Positions 33,850-43,053 of a stretch of 43,441 bases of DNA are shown here, piece by piece. Each line of letters begins with the position of its first letter. Within the stretch, counting starts at the first letter, position 1. This DNA is from Flavobacteriales bacterium (GTDB lineage: Bacteria; Bacteroidota; Bacteroidia; Flavobacteriales; UBA1820). Position numbers and translations under genes: made by a program. A model generated the notes under the pieces. That model saw only the letters and a list, made by a program, of their open reading frames with translations. It did no database searches and was not told where the DNA came from. The DNA is taken from assembly GCA_028709885.1 (NCBI GenBank), contig JAQUTH010000002.1, forward strand, positions 1-43,441, given 5' to 3'.

Positions 33850-36800
33850 TTATTTTGCTATCTCTTTCAGTTCAGTCATATTTTGCGATACAACCCAAAA
33901 GTACATTGATGACACAATATGTATTGCTGAATTAAGCTCTTGATTTGAGGCATCTGGAGCATTGTGCGACTCACTGTTTCTCCACTGCTTTACCAATTCT
34001 AAATAGCTGTATAACTTTTTATACCTATTATCGGTATTGTGTTTCAGACCTCTCAGGCAACTAAAAGCAAATATGCAATCAATAAATGTTGGCATACTAT
34101 TCTCGTCCTTAGAACTAACCATTTCTTTGCCTTCAATTAGGAAGTAGACCTTCTTTAAGAATACCTCAAATTTGGTAACAATAGTATTAAAGTGTCTACG
34201 CTTATCCACTAATTTCATCTTTTCAACACAATATAGTCTATTGAAAGAGTCTAATAATAGTTCATTACCGCCATCTATCGAAGATGTAGTTTTTGCTTGC
34301 AATACCTGTATTAACGACTCTGCCACATCCATCGCATCTGGCATATATTGCTGTAACTCGCTAAATTCATATTTAATATCAGCTAACAAGTTTTGCTTAA
34401 ATAGCTCAGGAATAAATGGAATGTCTGAATCTTTTTTCTTGTAGGTTTCATACATTGCACGAGCCATCTGAACCATTATATTGTTATAAAGGTCTTTATT
34501 CTCAAACAGTTTTGTGAAAGAGTCTGTCTGTTCAACATAACAATTACGGGCTACTTCTCCGAAAATATCAGGAAAGATGCTCTCTTCAAACTGTTTTTCA
34601 TCGGTATTATTAGCTTGCTTAGCGAGCTTCTTCTGAGCGGTAGTAACCATCTTGTTGAAGATAGACTCTACGATCACTCTATCAGCCTCCGAGAATTGAC
34701 CATTAAACATCATATTGATTTTATCAATAATATTGCTCAACAGGTCTAACTTCTCCTCCTGCTTTTTACCAGCTTTGGGATTTTCACCTTTGACTGGTTT
34801 TGTTTCACCACTTAGGCTAATTGAAATTGTTTTACCCTCGGATATTTTAGAGTTAATCAACATTATTTTTTTGTTCAAATCAACTCTTTCTTTGGGGTCT
34901 TTGGGGAGCAATCGGTATAGATAGTCTGCATATACATATGCTTTGTAAAGTTCTTTATCAAAGGTACGTGCAATTTGTGCCATATAGGAGTAGAAACGAA
35001 CAAAATTTTTGATTTTATTTCGTGCTTCGAATCGTTGTTCTTCCGAGAGTTCTTCGTATCTGCCAACTGTAACTTTGAAGGCTGCTGATAGTGCTCCAAG
35101 TTTATCTTTTTGCGTCTTTATATTTGCCAAAAGTGTATAAAAGTTCTCCTCGTCAGCCTCATTCCATAAGTTGAACATTTGAATGTCCTTACGGAAGGTA
35201 TAGACGTAGTTTACATCGACAGGATTTATTAGCTCTGTACCTTTGTAAAATGGCTCAAATGATTTTTGAATATCATCGGGGGTGTTTGAGAAATCCAAGA
35301 TATAAGTATCTTGTTTATCCTTTTGCCAACGATTCAATCGTGAAAGGGTTTGTACCGCCTTTACGTTTTTGAGTTTCTTATCTACAAACATTGTATGTAG
35401 CATCGGTTCATCAAAACCCGTTTGATATTTATCCGCAACCACAAGAATGTTGTAAAGCTCCGATGCAAAATAGAGCGGCAGTTTAGCTTCTGATATATTG
35501 CGAGCCTCAGTAGAGTTTAGCTTTGACTCGGTGTACTCTGTGCCGTTGTATGAAACAGTACCGGAAAATGCCACCATAGGGTTTATTCCAGTGATGTTGT
35601 TCTCCCCGCAATATTTCTTAATTTGTAAAAAATAGCGTACTGCGTGAGCACGAGACGAACAAACGACCATCGCTTTTGCCTTGCCGTCCATACAGTTGAG
35701 CGTAACATCTCTAAATTTTTCAACAATAATAGCGGTTTTTTGCTCTATTACGTGTTGGTGGTTATCGTGAAAAGCCTTTATAGCACGTGTAGCCGGGCTC
35801 TCTTCATACTCTGGATTGTCTTCGGCTTTTTTCGCAATTTCGTATGAGGTTTCGTATGTTGTGTAATAGCGCAATACATCCATAATAAAACCCTCCTCAA
35901 TAGCTTGTAACATTGAGTAGTTATGGTATGCTGCGTATTTATCTTTGTCGGGCGTTGCCCCTTTTTCGATGAGCAAACCAAATGTTTGCAGAGTTTTAGG
36001 CTTTGGCGTTGCAGTAAAGGCATAGAACGACAGATTGGCGTGTTGTCCTTGCGAGAGCAAATCTTCCATTAGCTTATCACGCATTTCCTCTAATTGCTCC
36101 TCCTCTTTCTCTTCAAGCAGAGCAAGTTCCCTCAGAGCTTCATCTGTATCGGCAAGAGCAGCTTTTAGTTTTTCGGCACTTTTACCCGATTGCGATGAGT
36201 GCGCCTCGTCTACAATTATGGCGTATCGTTTACCACTACGGCTTGTTAGCTTATCGTAGATTATTGGGAAACGATGCAGCGTACATATAACTATACGTGC
36301 ATTGTCATTGTTGATAATATCACGCAGGGTTGATGATGGGGTGTCATCTTTTATCACCTCGATTTGCCCGTCTATATGGTCAAATCCAAGGATCGTGTTT
36401 TGCAGCTGTTTGTTTAGTACACGCCTATCGGTGATAACAAAGACAGTGTTAAAAATATTTTGTTGCAGTGTGTTGTGCAGGGCTGCAAGTCGATATGTGA
36501 GCCACGCAATAGAGTTTGACTTGCCTGACCCTGCCGAGTGTTGCACCAGATAGTTAGTCCCTGCGCCATTTGTGGAGGTGTCTGCAACCAATTTTTCGAC
36601 CACATCTAATTGGTGGTAACGTGGAAATATTATTTTGGTGGTTGTCTCTTTTTTCTCTTTCTCTCGCCCGTGTTTATCTACAATGATTGATAGTTTCTCT
36701 TCGGTTTGTAGAGAGATGTAGCGTTGAAGGATAGAGAGTAGCGTATCACGTCTCAACACTTCCTCCCACAGATACGATGTGATATATTTGCCATCCTCTC

Positions 36801-37497
36801 TGGCAGGGTTACCAGCTCCGCCCACGTTACCTGCACCTGCCGAACCTTGATTGAAAGGCATGAAAAATGTCTTTTCTCTTCTGAGTTCGGTAGCCATTGC
36901 AGCTTCATATAGGTCTACACCAAAATAGGCTAAAATACGGCTATTGAAGTGAAACAGAAGCTCTTTGGGGTCTCGATCCTCTTTCCATTGTCGTTTTGAG
37001 TTCTCAATGTTTTGCCCTGTGATTTGGTTTTTTAGTTCAAGTGCAACAATAGGAATGCCGTTGAGCGACAGCACCATATCTATTGTATTTCGGTTTTGTG
37101 TCGAGTATGCAAACTGACGAGTAGTGGTAAGTATATTAGCGTTGTATTTTGCCACTAGCTCTGAGTTCAACTCCGAAGCAGGAGCAAAGTAACAGAATTT
37201 GATTGCCATACCGTTGTCTACGATACCTTTTCTAAGCACATATATAAGCCCATAGCGAGCCACGTCATCTTGAAATGTGCGGTATAGTTGAGCTTCTGCT
37301 CTTGCTCCATACTTTCCTACATATCGCCTCCACGCTTTCTCTTGGGTAGCCTCAATGAACTGCACCATTGTTGGCATATCAATGGCACGTTCACGGTCGT
37401 ATGTCTCTTGTGAGCCTTTTGTGTAGCCACCCTCTTCTATTAGGTAGCGTTCTATGTCGGCTTCAAAGTTTTTCTCTCTAAGGTCAGTTGTATCCAT
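33850..37497 (-). CDS. hsdR: Type I restriction endonuclease subunit R with an additional C-terminal HEPN-like domain
   Basis: 1215 aa. It has an N-terminal PD-(D/E)xK nuclease region (...VALELKNQ...). The SF2 helicase motifs are HSAGSGKS (motif I) and IIVDEAHSSQ (motif II, DEAH), plus later motifs (TGFDEP, QTLSRLNR). The last ~190 aa are extra and contain WRNSESH. Confidence 0.92.
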   Translation of the reverse strand: MDTTDLREKNFEADIERYLIEEGGYTKGSQETYDRERAIDMPTMVQFIEATQEKAWRRYVGKYGARAEAQLYRTFQDDVARYGLIYVLRKGIVDNGMAIKFCYFAPASELNSELVAKYNANILTTTRQFAYSTQNRNTIDMVLSLNGIPIVALELKNQITGQNIENSKRQWKEDRDPKELLFHFNSRILAYFGVDLYEAAMATELRREKTFFMPFNQGSAGAGNVGGAGNPAREDGKYITSYLWEEVLRRDTLLSILQRYISLQTEEKLSIIVDKHGREKEKKETTTKIIFPRYHQLDVVEKLVADTSTNGAGTNYLVQHSAGSGKSNSIAWLTYRLAALHNTLQQNIFNTVFVITDRRVLNKQLQNTILGFDHIDGQIEVIKDDTPSSTLRDIINNDNARIVICTLHRFPIIYDKLTSRSGKRYAIIVDEAHSSQSGKSAEKLKAALADTDEALRELALLEEKEEEQLEEMRDKLMEDLLSQGQHANLSFYAFTATPKPKTLQTFGLLIEKGATPDKDKYAAYHNYSMLQAIEEGFIMDVLRYYTTYETSYEIAKKAEDNPEYEESPATRAIKAFHDNHQHVIEQKTAIIVEKFRDVTLNCMDGKAKAMVVCSSRAHAVRYFLQIKKYCGENNITGINPMVAFSGTVSYNGTEYTESKLNSTEARNISEAKLPLYFASELYNILVVADKYQTGFDEPMLHTMFVDKKLKNVKAVQTLSRLNRWQKDKQDTYILDFSNTPDDIQKSFEPFYKGTELINPVDVNYVYTFRKDIQMFNLWNEADEENFYTLLANIKTQKDKLGALSAAFKVTVGRYEELSEEQRFEARNKIKNFVRFYSYMAQIARTFDKELYKAYVYADYLYRLLPKDPKERVDLNKKIMLINSKISEGKTISISLSGETKPVKGENPKAGKKQEEKLDLLSNIIDKINMMFNGQFSEADRVIVESIFNKMVTTAQKKLAKQANNTDEKQFEESIFPDIFGEVARNCYVEQTDSFTKLFENKDLYNNIMVQMARAMYETYKKKDSDIPFIPELFKQNLLADIKYEFSELQQYMPDAMDVAESLIQVLQAKTTSSIDGGNELLLDSFNRLYCVEKMKLVDKRRHFNTIVTKFEVFLKKVYFLIEGKEMVSSKDENSMPTFIDCIFAFSCLRGLKHNTDNRYKKLYSYLELVKQWRNSESHNAPDASNQELNSAIHIVSSMYFWVVSQNMTELKEIAK

Positions 37498-37507
37498 ATC
37501 GGTGGGG

Positions 37508-38821
37508 TTATATTATCTGTCGTTTACCTGTTACACACTCAAAGATGAGGGATTTTTTATACTCTTTTAGTTGCTCTATCTTCTGTCGTTTAATCTGGAT
37601 CAGCTCATCAATCTCTACACACTTCTTGTCGAGGTGATCGGCTATTTGTTGTTGCTCTGCAAATGGCGGTACAGAGATGCAGTTATTTAAATATTCAGCA
37701 ACGTCTAAATTTTGAATCCCTGTTGTCTGATTGAAAAACAGCACATTAACTTTTCTATTATACATATTACAAAAAGAATATACAAGAAATTTACTGTTCA
37801 TATTCTCATTTACCTTTATGCAATGTACAAAATTAGAACAAATGGCAATATCTTTAATATCTACATATACAGCTCTTCCAACCGGTGTTTTTTCACCACC
37901 ACCAGATTTTTCTAATAGTATATCATCATAATTTACACTTCGCTTAATGTAAACGCCCTTTTCAATATTTCTATTTGTTGGATTATTATTAGAAATTCCC
38001 AATGTATTATAGTCAAAGTCAGCAACTCTATAACATCTAACATCATTGTCATCCCCTTTAGCATCTTCACCCCATACTCCTGCAAAAGAGTTGTTAATAC
38101 AGTATTTTATCCTTTTACATTCCCAATGTTCAGGGATTTGACCGATCCATTCGATGCCGCTCTCTTTTAGGGGTGCGTTGGGGTCGAGTCCACGGGTAAC
38201 GGTTTCGGTGATAACCGACTGTTTGTAGGCTTGTAGCTCTGCAATCATCTGCTCTTGCAACCCAACCAACTCATCAACCTCTCCACACTTCCTATCCAAA
38301 TACTCCGCAATCGCCTCCTGCTCTAATAAAGGTGGAATAGGTGTCAACATTGACTTTAACTCCGAAAAACCTAATGTAAGTCTTATACCAACCCCCATAC
38401 CATTAAGTATCTTTTGATTATCTATACTTTTCAAAAAATAATTATAATATGTTGCACTTACATTATCTCTGCAACGTATAGATATATAAGCCGATGTAAT
38501 TATACCATTCTCTTTTACTTTTGCAACTCTTTGTGTTTTGAAGTCATAATTCAAATTCAACCCATTTATCATTATGTCATTAGGCTTTACTAATGTATAT
38601 TTCTTTAGAAGGTCTATTTCTTCAGGTGTACGTTCGCTGAGAGTAATCGGCTTTCTAATTATTTCTCCAAATTTATACTGTAAAGCTATGTCGGAAGAGT
38701 AATCAGTATTTGATTGTTTATTTTCCGTGAAACAAACGCTTAATGGCTTAACCTCCCAGCCCTTTGGAATCTCGCCAATCCAAGCAATTCCACTATCTTT
38801 ATATTCTTTGTATCTTTTCAT
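37508..38821 (-). CDS. hsdS: Type I restriction-modification specificity subunit S
   Basis: 437 aa. Two target-recognition halves are each followed by the conserved coiled-coil repeat: LLEQEAIAEYLDRKCGEVDELV... and FAEQQQIADHLDKKCVEIDELI.... Confidence 0.9.
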   Translation of the reverse strand: MKRYKEYKDSGIAWIGEIPKGWEVKPLSVCFTENKQSNTDYSSDIALQYKFGEIIRKPITLSERTPEEIDLLKKYTLVKPNDIMINGLNLNYDFKTQRVAKVKENGIITSAYISIRCRDNVSATYYNYFLKSIDNQKILNGMGVGIRLTLGFSELKSMLTPIPPLLEQEAIAEYLDRKCGEVDELVGLQEQMIAELQAYKQSVITETVTRGLDPNAPLKESGIEWIGQIPEHWECKRIKYCINNSFAGVWGEDAKGDDNDVRCYRVADFDYNTLGISNNNPTNRNIEKGVYIKRSVNYDDILLEKSGGGEKTPVGRAVYVDIKDIAICSNFVHCIKVNENMNSKFLVYSFCNMYNRKVNVLFFNQTTGIQNLDVAEYLNNCISVPPFAEQQQIADHLDKKCVEIDELIQIKRQKIEQLKEYKKSLIFECVTGKRQII

Positions 38822-38822
38822 T

Positions 38823-39707
38823 TTAATCCTCTTGTTCGTAATAGTAAGAATAATCCACCCCTTTCATAAAGGTCTCTCGGTCGGCTATTTTGTCGGTAAG
38901 TGCCGACTGCAACAAAGTTCGGATAGGGGTAGCATCTGTAACACTACGTGTCATTGCATCGAGATAGGCCTTTTTGTTGATAAGACTCCAATCGACACAC
39001 AAACGCAAACTTCGTTTCAGCATCAAATCGAGCCAAATGCGAGTGGTGCGCCCATTGCCCTCACGGAACGGGTGAGCGATGTTCATCTCTACATACTTAT
39101 CGACAATAGCATCGAAACTATCTTCCGCCATACGCTCAATGCTCTCTAAAGTAGTGGATAGGTACTGCGCCATTGCAAACTGAAAGCCCCCCTTGGCAAT
39201 ATTGACCGTGCGTATCTGTCCTGCAAAGTCGTAAAGCCCCCCAAATAGATAGGCGTGTATCTGCTGTAATCCCTTGACCGTTCCAATTTCGATGTTATCT
39301 ATCAAGCTGCTCTCGAAAAGGGCATAAGCCTTTGATTTGCTCCGCCCATCGATAGTCTCATCGCTATTGGTAAACCACGCCACAAAACGTGATGCCTTAG
39401 TGTTGGGAAAACAAGCCGCAAGAGAAATTACACCATCATTATCAAGCATATCGGTCGTGTAGCGTTTGCCGTCTGCTGCCATTAATTTCAGTTGGTTAGT
39501 GGCACTAACCAACTCGTTGCCCTCCTTTTTAAGTTTCGTTTTGAGGTACTTCCAATAGTTACGGTTCTTGGTGTAGTCGTCCTGAGCATTGAGCACACCC
39601 ACAATGTCGAGAACCGAAAACCACCACTTAGAATGCTTCTCGTCCCATACGGCACGCACTTCTCGGTCGTCAAAAAAACGAATCGATATTTTATTTCCGC
39701 TACTCAT
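38823..39707 (-). CDS. Fic/DOC family protein with an N-terminal Bro-N-like DNA-binding domain, embedded between hsdM and hsdS
   Basis: 294 aa. The Fic motif HPFREGNGRTTR lies at nt 39039-39074 (checked codon by codon). The N-terminal ~110 aa (ISIRFFDDREVRAVWDEKHSKWWFSVLDIVGVL) resemble Bro-N/KilA-N-type domains. Confidence 0.85.
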   Translation of the reverse strand: MSSGNKISIRFFDDREVRAVWDEKHSKWWFSVLDIVGVLNAQDDYTKNRNYWKYLKTKLKKEGNELVSATNQLKLMAADGKRYTTDMLDNDGVISLAACFPNTKASRFVAWFTNSDETIDGRSKSKAYALFESSLIDNIEIGTVKGLQQIHAYLFGGLYDFAGQIRTVNIAKGGFQFAMAQYLSTTLESIERMAEDSFDAIVDKYVEMNIAHPFREGNGRTTRIWLDLMLKRSLRLCVDWSLINKKAYLDAMTRSVTDATPIRTLLQSALTDKIADRETFMKGVDYSYYYEQED

Positions 39708-39709
39708 CG

Positions 39710-41749
39710 CTAACCCAAAATTTTAGTCATCAATTTTGCCTCCTGTTCCTCTAACTTTTTCAAACGGTCGAAGATAGCCGAACTCGCCTCCAATGGCACA
39801 TATTTATAGAACTCTCGTGTGAGGGGTATTTCGTACCCTATACGATTTTTATCCTCGTCAACATAAAAGTCTGGCGCATAAGGGCGTACATTCTCCTCTA
39901 AATACTGCTCTATATCCTCTTTCCAAGGTATAGACTCGGTATCTGCCAAATCGCTATCCCAAGCCCAATCGTCCTGCTTTGGTTTGTATGGATTGTTATA
40001 AACCTCGGGGCATTCAGCATCCTTTACTCCCAACAACTGGCGCACCTTTTTTACCTGAGCCGCAGTTATCTTTATATCTGCCGATTTGAGTGCCTCGAAA
40101 AACTCCAAATCATTGACGGTTGTGTCTTTGAATTGTTTCTGATACAGTGCAATAACGTTTTTAAGCAGTGTAAGCTCCTCTTTTTTGAGCTTTTCTGTAT
40201 CTTCGGGCATAGCCAAATCAACATACTTCAAACGCAATGGACGATTGATAAAGACCTTTGTAAATTTAAAATCTTCACAATCCTTTATCTTGCTTTCGAC
40301 CTTGAGTTCAGAGTTACTCTCCGAAGTGTACGACCAATCACTAAAATTTCGATAAGCCTCCATTATCAAATCACGACACGAAGAGGTAATCTCTACACGC
40401 TTATTGCCAAGTGGTTTACGCAACTTCTCAAAACATTTACTTGCATCAATCAGCTGAACTTTTCCTGCTCGCTCCTCTGATTTGTTTTTGCAAACGACCC
40501 AAACATAAGTCGCAATACCAGTGTTATAAAACAGATCGTTTGGTAACTGGATAATAGCCTCCAACCAATCTTTCTCCAACAAATACCCCCGAATGTTGCT
40601 CTCGCCCGAACCTGCATCGCCCTTAAAGAGTGGCGAACCGTTCTGAATAATTGCCATTCGCCCATCATCCTTGAGCTTGGCTACACCGTTGAGCATAAAC
40701 AACATCTGCCCATCGCCTTTAGATGGCAGACCCGGAGCAAAACGACCTGCCTCACCAAAATCGCACTCATCTTTTACTGCCTTTTCCGATGCCTCCCAAT
40801 CAATACCAAACGGAGGGTTAGAGATGATATAATCAAAATGATAATCCTTAAACTGGTCATTGCCCAAAGTGTCGCCTTGACGCATATTGTCAGCGTTACC
40901 GCCCTTTATCAACATATCCGCCTTGGCAATACCAAATGTTTGAGGGTTCAGCTCCTGCCCAAAGCAAGTGATCTCGGCTTCGGGGTCAATCTCCAAAAAA
41001 CGCTCCTCCAAACAAGCCAACATCTGACTCGTTCCCATAGCCATATCGTAAATAGAGGCTACAATACCCTCGTCACGCAACTCCTGCTCTGTGTCGCCTA
41101 TAAGCAACTCGCCCATCAGGTAGATAATATCACGAGCCGTAAAGTGCGCTCCCGCTTGGTCGTTATACGACTCAGAGAACTTACGCACCAACTCCTCAAA
41201 GATATATCCCATATCAACAGCCGAGATAACATCGGCACCAAGGTATGCTTTCTGGGTACAAAACTCTTTGATTACAACATAAAGCCTCTTATCGTCATCT
41301 AACTTTTTGATCTCGTTGTAGAAATCCATACGTGAAATAACGTCAATAACATTATCCGAGAAATGGCTCAAGTAGCTCTCAAAGTTATCTTTGATATTAT
41401 CAGCATCAGCAAGAAGAAGCTCAAAATTAAATGGGCTTGTATTATAAAATTTCTGCCCTGCTGTTGTCTCTAAAAAGCCTTTCTTTACTGCAATGCCCCT
41501 TTGGTCAAGCTCCTTGTTTTTTGCGATTACAGCCTCTTTTGTCGAGGCAAGTGTATCTTCAAAACGCTTAATAACGCACATAGGAAGGATGACCTTCCCA
41601 TATTCGTGCGGTTTGTAAAGTCCTACCAATTTGTCGGCAATAGCCCAAATTAAGTTAGCTTTCTCTTGTATATTGGCTGATGTCTGCTTTTGCAATCTCT
41701 CTGCTGTCATTATATTTATATGTTTTATTTCTTCTACAAAGTTAATCAT
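39710..41749 (-). CDS. hsdM: Type I restriction-modification N6-adenine DNA methyltransferase subunit M
   Basis: 679 aa. It has an HsdM_N-like start, the AdoMet motif DMAMGT, the catalytic motif ISNPPFG, and the typical C-terminal IGYEIPLTREFYKY. The true start may be M14 (ATG at 41710). Confidence 0.92.
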   Translation of the reverse strand: MINFVEEIKHINIMTAERLQKQTSANIQEKANLIWAIADKLVGLYKPHEYGKVILPMCVIKRFEDTLASTKEAVIAKNKELDQRGIAVKKGFLETTAGQKFYNTSPFNFELLLADADNIKDNFESYLSHFSDNVIDVISRMDFYNEIKKLDDDKRLYVVIKEFCTQKAYLGADVISAVDMGYIFEELVRKFSESYNDQAGAHFTARDIIYLMGELLIGDTEQELRDEGIVASIYDMAMGTSQMLACLEERFLEIDPEAEITCFGQELNPQTFGIAKADMLIKGGNADNMRQGDTLGNDQFKDYHFDYIISNPPFGIDWEASEKAVKDECDFGEAGRFAPGLPSKGDGQMLFMLNGVAKLKDDGRMAIIQNGSPLFKGDAGSGESNIRGYLLEKDWLEAIIQLPNDLFYNTGIATYVWVVCKNKSEERAGKVQLIDASKCFEKLRKPLGNKRVEITSSCRDLIMEAYRNFSDWSYTSESNSELKVESKIKDCEDFKFTKVFINRPLRLKYVDLAMPEDTEKLKKEELTLLKNVIALYQKQFKDTTVNDLEFFEALKSADIKITAAQVKKVRQLLGVKDAECPEVYNNPYKPKQDDWAWDSDLADTESIPWKEDIEQYLEENVRPYAPDFYVDEDKNRIGYEIPLTREFYKYVPLEASSAIFDRLKKLEEQEAKLMTKILG

Positions 41750-41773
41750 TTATTGTGCATTATAACTGCACTG

Positions 41774-43024
41774 TTATGGATTTAACCACTCTCTGTCAGG
41801 TTTTGCTAATAAACGAGCATTGTTATATGCTTGATCTAAAGTTAATATCGTACTTACAGTGTAAATTTGCTCCTCTTTCTCTATTACCATTGCAGCGATT
41901 GCCTTTCCTCTGTTTTGTCGTTGGCATAAAGGAACTAAAAACTGTATATCTCCATCATAATAATGAGGGATAGCAGTTTTGTAATTTCTTTTTATTCGTT
42001 TTTTAGCCATTGTTATAGAATCCTCAATTGTATCTCGGAACTCTTGCTCTGTCATCTTTTGCACTTCTATAGAATCAATCCGATGTTTACGTTTAAGAAG
42101 ATGTTCCCAACTTGGAATGATTGACAAAGTTGTATTAAATACTAATTTTTCGACTTCAGTTTCTTCAAAATATGTTGCCATAGGCGCTGGTATGCTGAAG
42201 TATTTAAAATAAACAGACTGATCTGTATTGAATTCTTTAAAGAACCATTTTGGAGTGTTTATTCCCCAAGGTTGATTATCGCTAAACTTCGTATTTTTTT
42301 GAAAAAAAGCATATATCTCATTTTGGTATGCATCAACTAATCCTGTATTATAATAACTAAACACCTCTCCGTAAGAAGATTTAGCCTCTATTATTCTGCC
42401 TTGTTTTACTAGCTGTTTACAAGTTTGATTCATATAACTTCTCAATATAGGAATCCCATTTAACTTCTTTTCTATGAAGTCCCAATCTTCTTTTTCACAA
42501 ATATTATCAGCTAAATCTAATAAATCGAGATTGTAATCTGTAAACTCAGCAAAACTCTCTATGAACTGCTTCTTATCAATAAATACTACATCTTCAGCTG
42601 TTAAACCTTTTTCATTTGATGAAGGAGAAAACACAACAGGCTCACCTTCGTCAAATCCAATAAAACGGTCATTGTTCATTTCTCTTCTAATATTTGAGTG
42701 ATGTAAAAAATATTTTTCCTTAGAAAAGAAATCAACAATAAAATATATAGTAGAGTATTTCCCCTCTCCTATCTCAATATTTCCAACTTTTCTTTTGTTT
42801 AAATCTAGATTTAAACTTTTTGCTTGGAATTCTCCTTCTTTTCGTACAGATGGTATTTTCGTATAAACAACAGGCTCGTTTTTATATTTATAGTTTTGTA
42901 ATAAAACTCTGATCTCATTTTCAGTGGCAGTTATATGAAAATAAACATCCACAGTTCCGTCATTTGGCTGTATATAGCCATATCCTGCTGTTGCGTTGTA
43001 GCTTTTAATTATTCCTGTTTCCAT
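41774..43024 (-). CDS. Cold-shock-domain (OB-fold) protein with a large C-terminal DUF3825-like domain
   Basis: 416 aa. The N-terminus GIIKSYNATAGYGYIQPNDGTVDVYFHITA matches the CSD pattern (G.VKWFN...GFGFI...G.DvFvH). One or two further OB-like repeats follow. The C-terminus ...DIQFLVPLC...AIAAMVIEKEEQIYTVSTILTLDQAYNNARLLAKPDREWL matches my memory of the DUF3825 C-terminal signature. Confidence 0.55.
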   Translation of the reverse strand: METGIIKSYNATAGYGYIQPNDGTVDVYFHITATENEIRVLLQNYKYKNEPVVYTKIPSVRKEGEFQAKSLNLDLNKRKVGNIEIGEGKYSTIYFIVDFFSKEKYFLHHSNIRREMNNDRFIGFDEGEPVVFSPSSNEKGLTAEDVVFIDKKQFIESFAEFTDYNLDLLDLADNICEKEDWDFIEKKLNGIPILRSYMNQTCKQLVKQGRIIEAKSSYGEVFSYYNTGLVDAYQNEIYAFFQKNTKFSDNQPWGINTPKWFFKEFNTDQSVYFKYFSIPAPMATYFEETEVEKLVFNTTLSIIPSWEHLLKRKHRIDSIEVQKMTEQEFRDTIEDSITMAKKRIKRNYKTAIPHYYDGDIQFLVPLCQRQNRGKAIAAMVIEKEEQIYTVSTILTLDQAYNNARLLAKPDREWLNP

Positions 43025-43053
43025 TATTATTTAGTTTTATTTTTATGCAAAGA

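Noticed and set aside
37508-38821. Phase-variable hsdS shufflon
   Set aside because: There is only one hsdS gene, no silent partial hsdS copies, no invertase, and no long inverted repeats around it in the window.
38727-39149. 140-aa plus-strand ORF spanning the hsdS/Fic junction, and a 154-aa ORF at 40838-41302 inside hsdM
   Set aside because: Both are antisense to genes with verified catalytic motifs, so they are most likely shadow ORFs.
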